From: Planctomycetota bacterium
GTDB lineage: Bacteria; Planctomycetota; JAKEIC01; DYIT01
Reading direction: 5' to 3'
Assembly: GCA_041308285.1 (NCBI GenBank)
Contig: JBFZBV010000156.1
Span: 1-32,573 of the forward strand
Length of the DNA: 32,573 nt
Position numbers and translations under genes: made by a program. The notes beneath the pieces were generated by a model. The model searched no databases. It was not told the DNA's origin and saw nothing but the letters and a program-made list of their open reading frames with translations. Shown here one piece after another: positions 16,409 to 24,800 of this stretch (positions are counted from its first letter, which is position 1; each line of letters begins with the position of its first letter).

Positions 16409-19400
16409 ACTCGCTCCTCTCCTTGAGGACCGATCCGTCCTCGAGCGCCGCTTCAGCCTCGAGAACGTGCGATCCCAGGGCGAGCACGCGGTCGGGGAAG
16501 TATTTCGCGCATCCGCCGAACACGCGGCACGAGGAGGTTATTTCCGCGCCGTCGAGGAAGAGCCTCACGGACCTGGCCTTCCGCCCGGCCGCGCCCAGCA
16601 CTATCGCCGACATCGCCGGGGCGGAATCGAACACCCTGGCCCCGTTCTCGGGATAGAGCCAGAGCAGCTTCGCCTTCGCAGGGCCGTGGGCGAGCGAGAA
16701 AGGCGCGGTCTGCGTCTCTTCCCGGCCGCCCGACCGGAAGCGCACCTCGACCTCGAATTCCCCTTTCTTGAGCCCCTCCAGGGGAAGCGTGCCCCTGGCG
16801 GACAGCCCCCCGGCTGCCGGCTCGAGCGGCTTCCAATCCCCGGTCGGGCCTCCCCCCTTGGCGCGGCACCTGGCCTCGGCCGCTTCCAGGACCCGCCCTC
16901 CGAGCCCCTTGATGACTACCGTCAGGCTCTTCTCGCCCTCCGCGAGCGACGTCTCGATGCCGATCGGCATGTAGGCGGTCCTGAAAGTCCACGACGCGCG
17001 GTCCGCCAGGCCCGCGGCGGTCCGCGCCTCGATTTCGACCCGCACCTCCCTGTCGCGCTCCACCCCGTCCAGGGGCAGCGACACGGAGCCGCCGCCGATT
17101 CTCGCCCGCGAAGTCATGTCCCTGCCGTCGATGAGCACCCGCACTCCGGACGCATCGAGCGCCTGACCGGCGGCGAAGACGGCTCCGATTTCCACCGATC
17201 CGGACGGGACCGTGCCGAGCGGGCGGATGTCGGTAATGAGGACCGGGTCCCAGTCGAAGGACAGGAACACGTCCAGGAGCGCGAAGCGCGATTCCCTGGC
17301 GAAAGCGTCCGGGCTGAGGGCGAGGAGCTTCCCCGCAGGCATGCCGTCGAACCGGGCGCCGCCGCCCGTGCCGGGCCTCTCCTTCACCTGCCACCCCTGG
17401 CAGTGCAGCCAGTAGACTCCTGCAGGCGGGTCGTCCAGGGCGATCTTCTCGGCGGCTTCCGGCGTCGTGGATTTGGCCTTCTCCTCCCCCATCCCGTCGA
17501 GCTTCCGGTTCCCGTTCTTGTCGTGGAACAGGAACATGTCCATGTCGAACTCCGCGTCCCCGCTTCTGCTCCGGATTCCGATGAAGCGCTCCCTGCCCCT
17601 CAAGGTGAACGGCCCCAGCACCCAGGACGATTTGGGCAGGGGCGAATCGGGATTGTCCTGGAAGACGGCCTGGCTCAGGAAACTGCGGCCGCCCTCGAGG
17701 ACCAGCGTCTTCGCCGGAGTGGCGCTCGCCAGGCCGGATCCGTCGGTTGCGCGGAAGAGCACGGCGCGTTTCCCCGGCAGCGCGGGCCCGCCCTCGCCCG
17801 TGCGCCAGCAGAAGCGGAAACGGCCCGTGGAACGGTCGAGGGATTCGGTGGCGTCCTGCCACGACGCACCGCCGTCCGGGGAGAACTCGAGCTTCGCTAC
17901 GTGCAGGTTGTCCTCGGCCCGGCCCTCGAACACGAGCGTTTCGCCGGCCGTCCCCCGTTCGGGCGCGGCCTCGAGCGTGATTTCCGGCGCCGAAGCCTCC
18001 GCGTAGACCGCGACCTCGACCCGGAACCGCACGTGCGTGAACCTGTTCGGGTTGACGAAGAGCGCGACCTGGCCCCGCTCTCGGGAATAAGGGGCGGATA
18101 TCGATCCATCTACGAGGCGCCTGGCAGTCGGTATTTCGCAGAGCGGCCCGAATCCGCCCAGGCTCTTCAACCTCTCGAACTGGTCCGCCGCCAGGATTGC
18201 AGCCTCGACCCCCCTCTTGACCCGGTTCGGGTGGCCGTACCACAGGATGCCGCAGTACCCCGTTTTCCTGTAGAACTCGGTCTCCTCCTTGGGCGGCTTC
18301 CGGGCCGTCTGCAGGTTCCGGGGCCGCTGCTCCTCCGATGAGACCTCGACCTTCGCTTCGAACGACGGGCCGCGGCTCCCGCCCCCCGTTCCGAAAGGCG
18401 CAGGCGCCTGTCCCGGCGGCCCGAACCTGCCGGGAAGGACGTAGGTCAGGAGGTGTTCCCCGTTCTCCTCCACCGGCAGGTGCGCGGTGCCCGTCAGACC
18501 CTGCTGAGCGACTATGTCAATCATGCATCTGCGCGCGGGGCGGCCGAGCTCGAGCACGCATTCGCCCGCCGGGTCCGTGTAATCCCAGACCGACGTCCGC
18601 CAGTACTGCTGGCAGTCGGACCTGACGACGACCGCCGCGCCCTCCACGGGCCTGCCGTCGGCGTCCACGACCCTTATTGCGACCCTTCCCACGTCCGTGT
18701 ACCCGGTCCCGGATTTCGTGGACCCGCAGCCGGGGGGCTGGGTCACCAGCGTCGTGGTAGCCTCCACCAGGTCGTCTCCCCTCCTGCGCGTCACCGTGAG
18801 GATCTGCGTGCCCTTGTGCTCGGCGCCCTCGCAGCATTCCCAGGGCCACCGGATTTTCGACGCCGCCGCGCACAGGTCCCAGGTCCACCACTTCCCGTCC
18901 ATCCAGAACTCGTTCCAGATGTGGTCCTCGCCGCCGCAGCCGGAGCAGCCTGCGGGGATGAGCATCGCCCGCGCGCACGCCGCGCCGAGGGTCGAGGCCT
19001 CCCCGCAGGAGCCGTAGTTCTTCTGGTAGATGACGTTCGGCTGCAGATCCTGGCTCTGGCGGCCGTACGTGAACCACGACTCCGGCATGGCCTGGGAGAC
19101 CCAGTCGCCGACGAGGTACACGGCTTCGAGCATCGTCTCGGCTCCCGCGGCCGCTTCCATCAGGTTCTTGCCGTACTTTCTGTCCTCGACGAGATAGCGC
19201 CGCCAGAAGGTCCCGCCCGCGGCCTTGCCGATTTCCTTCCAGTCGATTTCCCGCCGGTTCCAGGCCTCCTCCGACATGCCGTGCGCCGCCGCGTCCTTTT
19301 CCCAGAACGACGCGTTCACGCGGAGCGGGACCTCCGTGTACAGCCTCGGATGCACGATCCACCAGTAGTAGACGTCCCTGGGAAGCTCGGCGGCCGCGCC

Positions 19401-21464
19401 GCCCTTCCCGACGACGGAGAGCGTGGTGTAGCCCTCCTTTTCGACGATCTCCGCGTAGCGCACCTTTTCGGCGGTCTCGTAGATGCACTTCGCGTTCTCT
19501 ACGAGCACGTCGGCCTCGCCCGCCCGCGCCATCGCGCGGAGGACTTCCGTCGGCATGTGCGCTGCGGAGAAGGCGACCTCGTCGAAAAACCTGTCCTCGG
19601 CCCCGGCCAGGACCTTGCGCACGGCTTCGAGCGCCTCGTCGTCGTTCCTGCCCCTCAGATTCCCGGATTGGACGTGGCAGCGGTCGAAGTAGTCGGTCAC
19701 CTTTTCGAGGCCCATGGAAGGCTCGAAGCGCCACGCGCCTTTCTCAATCCACGCGCCCCCTTCGCGTTCGAAACCGATGAACCCGCCCTCGATTGATCCC
19801 ACCACGAGGTCCGGGTCGCCGTCCGAGTCCAGGTCCCCGATTGCCGGCGCGGAGTACGCCCCGGTCATCGAGACGCCGATGCCGGCCGGAGCCCGTTCCC
19901 AGGAAGGGCCGAGGAACAGGCGTATTTCGCCCGCGCGGTTGCCCGTGACCAGGTCGGTATCCCCGTCGCCGTCGGCGTCCGCGGCCGCCGGGTACGGGAA
20001 CGCGCCCGCGTCTACGGCCGCGAAGGCGCCCTCCTTCTCCTCGAAACGGTCTCCGAGATTCCTGAACAGGACAATCTTCCCGTCGCCGGACCCCGCGACG
20101 AGGTCGGCTCTCCCGTCGAGGTCGATGTCGGCGGCGCAGGGCGCGGCATAGGACGCGACCCGGAGGCCGCGGCTCCGCGCCTCGTCGGCCTTGAAGCCGG
20201 GAGCCATGAAGACCGCAATCGACCCGTCCGCGCCCCCGACCGCGAGGTCAATCCTGCCGTCGCCGTCGAAATCGCCTGTCGCGGGAGCCGAGGATCCCGC
20301 GGCCTTGACGCCACCGAAGAACCCGGCACGCTCTTCGAAGCCCGGACCGGGATAGAACCTGACCGTCCCGTCCTGGGATCCGCTTACGAGGTCCGCGGAT
20401 CCGTCGCCGTCCATGTCCGCAATCCTGGGTGTGGACATGAACCCGACGCTGCACTTGAACCTCGCGGGCGGGTCCTGCGAATACACCGCGAACCAGGGAT
20501 TGCCGCTGCGGCCCCGGTTGGGGAAGACGGATACGGTCCCGTCCGCGGACCCGACCACGAGCTCCGGCGCCCCGTCCCCGTCCAGGTCGTGGAAGACCGG
20601 GCGAGCATCACCCGCCACGCGCATGCGCCCGATCCCCTGCACGAGTTCGCGGTCCTTCTCGGAGAGCCCGGACGCCGAAAGGGTGCCGTCGCGCATGCCC
20701 GCGACCAGCAGGGTCCCGCCGGCCGGGGCGCCGGTCCAGGCGAGCGAGCCGTTGTCGCCGCACTTCACGCCGTCCGCGTCGCGGAATCCGGCCGGCGGCA
20801 CGTACTCCCAGGCCTTTCCCGCGGAATCGCACACGAGGAGCCTGCCGGCGGGCGAAATCGCCGGGCTGACCTGCCCGGAGAACGGAAGGTTCCCCGGGAT
20901 TGCGATCGCCTCTCCGCCCTTGAGCCGCCGGGCGCACAGGCCTCCGCAGGAGTCGCCCACAATCAGGTCGGGCGAGCCGTCCTTGTCCAGGTCGAAGAAG
21001 CACGGGACCGACGCGCCGGGCGCCTTGAAGCCGGCGAACACTGCCGAATCCTCGCGGAAATCCGGCGCGAGGAAGCAGCGGATTGCCCCGTCGCCCGAAC
21101 CCGTCACGAGATCGGCCCTCCCGTCGCCGTTCACGTCGTGGAAGACCGGCGCCGCCTTGGACGAGACGCGGACGTCGTCGAAGGCCAAATCCGCCAGCCG
21201 ATCAGCGAGGTCCTCGCGCAGCCAGCCCGGGGCCCGAAGCACCTGGAGGATTGCCTCCTTCCCGAGCCTGCTATAAGGCCGGTCAGGTTCCTCCTCGACG
21301 AACTCGCGGCGCTGAGGGTCGTATCTGACCGCGTAGTACTCTCCGGGCGCGAGCCTGATTTCGCGCTTGAAACCGCACGTCTCCCCGGCCAATTGCAGGG
21401 GCGCGGCCCCTGCTGCGGCCAGAAGCACAATCGGGAATACCGTCCATGCGTTTCTCGACAACAT
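16374..21464 (-). CDS. Giant secreted multidomain protein: signal peptide, FG-GAP/VCBS beta-propeller (at least 8 DxDxDG blades), transglutaminase-like Cys-His-Asp core, carboxypeptidase-regulatory-like fold, PPC-like domain, and Ig-like C-terminal domains
   Basis: Blades include HDVNGDGRADLV, FDLDKDGSPDLI, HDLDGDGAPELV, ADMDGDGSADLV, GDFDGDGRIDLA, ADIDLDGRADLV, ADADGDGDTDLV and GDLDSDGDPDLV (nt 19761-21158). The TGase core is YGSCGEAS (Cys 19007-19005), GEDHIWNEFW (His 18923-18921) and WWTWD (Asp 18878-18876). The PPC-like pattern is GDAEFDMDMFLF...AGVYWLHCQGW. I place the start at ATG 21464, 6 nt after GGGAGG. The track ORF begins at 21515. Confidence 0.85.
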   Translation of the reverse strand: MLSRNAWTVFPIVLLAAAGAAPLQLAGETCGFKREIRLAPGEYYAVRYDPQRREFVEEEPDRPYSRLGKEAILQVLRAPGWLREDLADRLADLAFDDVRVSSKAAPVFHDVNGDGRADLVTGSGDGAIRCFLAPDFREDSAVFAGFKAPGASVPCFFDLDKDGSPDLIVGDSCGGLCARRLKGGEAIAIPGNLPFSGQVSPAISPAGRLLVCDSAGKAWEYVPPAGFRDADGVKCGDNGSLAWTGAPAGGTLLVAGMRDGTLSASGLSEKDRELVQGIGRMRVAGDARPVFHDLDGDGAPELVVGSADGTVSVFPNRGRSGNPWFAVYSQDPPARFKCSVGFMSTPRIADMDGDGSADLVSGSQDGTVRFYPGPGFEERAGFFGGVKAAGSSAPATGDFDGDGRIDLAVGGADGSIAVFMAPGFKADEARSRGLRVASYAAPCAADIDLDGRADLVAGSGDGKIVLFRNLGDRFEEKEGAFAAVDAGAFPYPAAADADGDGDTDLVTGNRAGEIRLFLGPSWERAPAGIGVSMTGAYSAPAIGDLDSDGDPDLVVGSIEGGFIGFEREGGAWIEKGAWRFEPSMGLEKVTDYFDRCHVQSGNLRGRNDDEALEAVRKVLAGAEDRFFDEVAFSAAHMPTEVLRAMARAGEADVLVENAKCIYETAEKVRYAEIVEKEGYTTLSVVGKGGAAAELPRDVYYWWIVHPRLYTEVPLRVNASFWEKDAAAHGMSEEAWNRREIDWKEIGKAAGGTFWRRYLVEDRKYGKNLMEAAAGAETMLEAVYLVGDWVSQAMPESWFTYGRQSQDLQPNVIYQKNYGSCGEASTLGAACARAMLIPAGCSGCGGEDHIWNEFWMDGKWWTWDLCAAASKIRWPWECCEGAEHKGTQILTVTRRRGDDLVEATTTLVTQPPGCGSTKSGTGYTDVGRVAIRVVDADGRPVEGAAVVVRSDCQQYWRTSVWDYTDPAGECVLELGRPARRCMIDIVAQQGLTGTAHLPVEENGEHLLTYVLPGRFGPPGQAPAPFGTGGGSRGPSFEAKVEVSSEEQRPRNLQTARKPPKEETEFYRKTGYCGILWYGHPNRVKRGVEAAILAADQFERLKSLGGFGPLCEIPTARRLVDGSISAPYSRERGQVALFVNPNRFTHVRFRVEVAVYAEASAPEITLEAAPERGTAGETLVFEGRAEDNLHVAKLEFSPDGGASWQDATESLDRSTGRFRFCWRTGEGGPALPGKRAVLFRATDGSGLASATPAKTLVLEGGRSFLSQAVFQDNPDSPLPKSSWVLGPFTLRGRERFIGIRSRSGDAEFDMDMFLFHDKNGNRKLDGMGEEKAKSTTPEAAEKIALDDPPAGVYWLHCQGWQVKERPGTGGGARFDGMPAGKLLALSPDAFARESRFALLDVFLSFDWDPVLITDIRPLGTVPSGSVEIGAVFAAGQALDASGVRVLIDGRDMTSRARIGGGSVSLPLDGVERDREVRVEIEARTAAGLADRASWTFRTAYMPIGIETSLAEGEKSLTVVIKGLGGRVLEAAEARCRAKGGGPTGDWKPLEPAAGGLSARGTLPLEGLKKGEFEVEVRFRSGGREETQTAPFSLAHGPAKAKLLWLYPENGARVFDSAPAMSAIVLGAAGRKARSVRLFLDGAEITSSCRVFGGCAKYFPDRVLALGSHVLEAEAALEDGSVLKERSEFTVSVMGGEEY

Positions 21465-21744
21465 GCTCATCCTCCCGCAACAGCCAGGTCGTGGCGAATC
21501 GCCACGCAACGGCAATTCTACATATTAAAGGGCGTCAACCAGCCGCGAAATGTGCGTTCCGTGCTTCTGCGCCGGTCGGTCTCGCGGCCGGCGCTCTGTC
21601 AAAGCTCTGTAAAGAGCGCGGCGCCGCGGATGGCCGCCATGCCGGCCGCTGCGCAGGCCACAAACGCCTCGATTTCATGATGTTGCGTCGTAACGGCGCC
21701 CCCCGCCAGGCCCGCGCGCTCCCGCCGTCCGCACCCGCCGGCCC

Positions 21745-21773
21745 TTGAAACCTTCTGCTCCGGAGTATAGAGT
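21745..21773 (+). promoter_or_regulatory. Candidate sigma-70 promoter for the lipoprotein-msrA-arsC::mtnP unit
   Basis: The -35 is TTGAAA (21745-21750), followed by a 17-nt spacer and the -10 TAGAGT (21768-21773). It lies ~50 nt upstream of ATG 21822. Confidence 0.3.
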
Positions 21774-21821
21774 GAAATGGCTTTTTTCGCCGTGTTGGTC
21801 CAGTCCTTTAAGGAGTCCGAT

Positions 21822-24800
21822 ATGTCGAGGTCCGCCGCAATCGTGTGCGTCGCGCTGACGGCGCTGATGTTCGTGTCCTGCAGGGTCTATCCGCCCCCGC
21901 AGCCCACTCCGCAGCCCGCACCCCAGCCGGCTCCCCAGCCTGCTCCCCAGCCGGAACCGCAGCCTGCGCCGCGGGAACTGTCCCTCATCGAGAACTACCT
22001 CACCTCCGGCCGCGAATACGGCAACAACCCCAGGCGCAGCGAGGTGGCAAGGCCCGAGGAGGTCCTCTACTTCTACTACAAAGTGGCGAACCCCATGTAC
22101 GCGGAGAACGCCGGATCGTCGTACGACGTCCGCATGCAAATCTTCCTCGCCGGATCCCCGGTGCACGACACGGGTTTCAAGAGAATAGACTACATAAGGC
22201 CCAGGCCCGGCACGAAGACCCAGAATCTTTCCGCATACGAGGCCATGAAGCTCTCGTTCACCATGTCCCACGACATGCCGCACGGCGAGTACAAGGCCGT
22301 GATTACCCACCGGGACGCGCACTCGGGCAGTTCCATCGACATAACCTACCCCTTCTCCGTGCCCGAGACGAAGCTGCCGCTCGAAGTCCTCTCCGCTTTC
22401 GCCACCTCGCCGGACTCCTCCGCCGGCCAGGAGAAGCCGATGACCGAGCCGCTGTTCGGGGGCGACAGCATCGTGTTCTTCTTCAAGATTGCGAACCTGA
22501 GGTACAACAATGCCGCTGGGGCGCCCATACGCATGCGGCTCACCGGGAACCGCGGCACGACCCGCGTCCACGATTCGGGCTGGATTGACGAATCGGCCAT
22601 GGAGCCGAATCTGGGCGGCAACGACCGCTACGTCAGGGAATTCTCCCACCGGGGCTGCCGCCACGAAATCGGAACCGACTACGCCGAAGGCAGATACACG
22701 TTCACGCTCACCGTCGAGGACTTGAACACGGGCAGGACCGTTGAAATCCCGTACGAGGTGGACGTCGCAAAGCGCGAAATCACGGTCCTGGATTCGTTTT
22801 TCACGGCGCCGGTGCTGAAGACCTCCGAGGCGGCCCGCAGGACCGCGGAAATCCGGCCCGGGGAAGAGTTCGGCCTCTATTACAAGCTCGGCGGGATTCG
22901 GCACGTCCGCATGATGGGCGCCCCTTACAAGACCGCGCTCGTCCTCAAGAGGGGAGGCAGGGTCATCAAGGACTACGGATCCCGGAGCCTGAACGCAGTG
23001 CCTGCATCGGGCGTCTTCAAGCCGAGCTCGGTCCTCGCATCCTTCGAGTCCGTCACCTGGACCATCGCCGTCGGCGAGGACTGGATACCGGGGTCGTACA
23101 CGGCCGTCGTCTCCCACCACGACCTCAACTCGGGATTGATTCTGGAAATACCGTTCGAGTTCGCCGTCGCGGCCGACCAGCCTTCGCCGGGCCCGGAACC
23201 CAGGGCCGAGATGAAGCTGGCCGATTCGTTCCTCACGGCGCCCGTCACCCTTCCAGCCCAGGCCAAGGCCCGCGGGGAGACGGTGCAGAACGGGGAGACC
23301 GTCGCGTTCTACTACAAGCTTGCCGACATCGAGCACGTGGAGGGCGTAGGCGCGCCCTACTTCACGCGCCTCGTGCTCGCCCGCGGCAGGCGCGTCGTCA
23401 AGGACTTCGGATGGCAGAGCCGCAACGCCGTGCCGGCCCGCTACCTCCGCAGCCCCGGCATGACGATTGAAACCTGGGAAAACGCGGAGTGGACCCTGGC
23501 CGTGCAGGATTTCCTGCCCGGGGCATACTCCGCGACCCTGACGCACAAGGATCAGAACTCGGGTAAGGCCATCGACATAGCCTTCAAGTTCGTCGTCAAG
23601 GGAGAGGCCCCGGCTCCGCCTCCAGAACCCGAGCCCGCGCCCGAGCCCACCCCTGAACCGACTCCCGAACCCCCGCACGTAGGCACGCCCGTCAAGGTCA
23701 TCGAGTCCTTCATCACCTTCGAGGGCGAGAACAGGGGCAAACGCAGGGACAACGTCCTCAAGCACGGCGAAAAGCTGCGCCTGCACCTCAAGATGGCGAA
23801 CCTCCGCTACGAGAAGGACCGCGGCTCTTCCTTCAAGTACTGCGTCTACCTCTACCGCGGCGAGGACCTGATTAGGGAGTTCCCCTGGCTCGAAAGCGTG
23901 GTCAAGCCCAGACCGGGGTGGCAGAGCATGGACCTCCCTTCGGTCACCGACTCGGAATGGCTCATCGACACGGCCCAGATTGACCAGCCGGGTGACTACG
24001 AGGCGATTCTCTCCATCGTCGACAACATAACCGGCTACATGACGAACGCCAGCTACTATTTCCGCGTGATCCAGCCCGCACCGCAACCCGAACCGGGCCC
24101 CGCCCCGAGGCCGGATCCTATCCGTCTCCTCGCTTCGTTCATCTCGGCGCACACCGCGAAAGCCGCCGATGCCAGGCCGCGGAGCGCCGCCGTGAGCCGG
24201 GGCGAGAGGATTTGCTTCTACTACAAAGTGGGCGGCGTCCAGCACCGCAAGGGCGTCGGAGCGCCGTTCGAGACGCGCCTCTTCCTCAAAAGGGGCGGCA
24301 TGATTGTGGCGGACTACGGCCAGCAGGCCCAGAACGCCGTCCCCGCCGCCATGATCAACAACCCCGACTTCACGATGGACACGTACGAGAACTGCGGCTG
24401 GTACGTCACCCTCGGCCGCGACTTCCCCCCTGGAACGTATGCTGCCGTGGTCACGCACAAGGACCTCAACTCCGGCCAGACGCTGGAATTCGAATTCGCG
24501 TTCCAGACCTCTGCGGCGGAAGAACCTCCGCCCGTGCCCAAGCCCGAGCCCAGACCCGATCCCAAGCCACCCGCCGTGGGCAAGCCCGTGGCATTCCTCG
24601 AATCCTTCGTGACCTTCGACGGGCCTGACCGCGGCAAGCGCAGGAGCACGGTCGTCATGCAGGGCGAGAGCTTCCGCCTGCACGTGAGGTTCGCGAACCT
24701 CCGCTATGAAACCGACCGGGGTTCCCTGTTCAAGACCTCCCTCTGCCTGTACAGGGGCACCCAGCTGGTGAAGGAGTACCCCTGGAGGGAAAGCGTCATC

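Noticed and set aside
16453-19796. Several 400-620-aa ORFs (16453-18243 minus, 16467-18341 plus, 18453-19796 plus, 18517-19734 minus) overlapping the giant gene
   Set aside because: They are low-complexity Arg/Gly/Pro translations. The 16374-21464 frame has the repeated FG-GAP blades and the transglutaminase-type triad.
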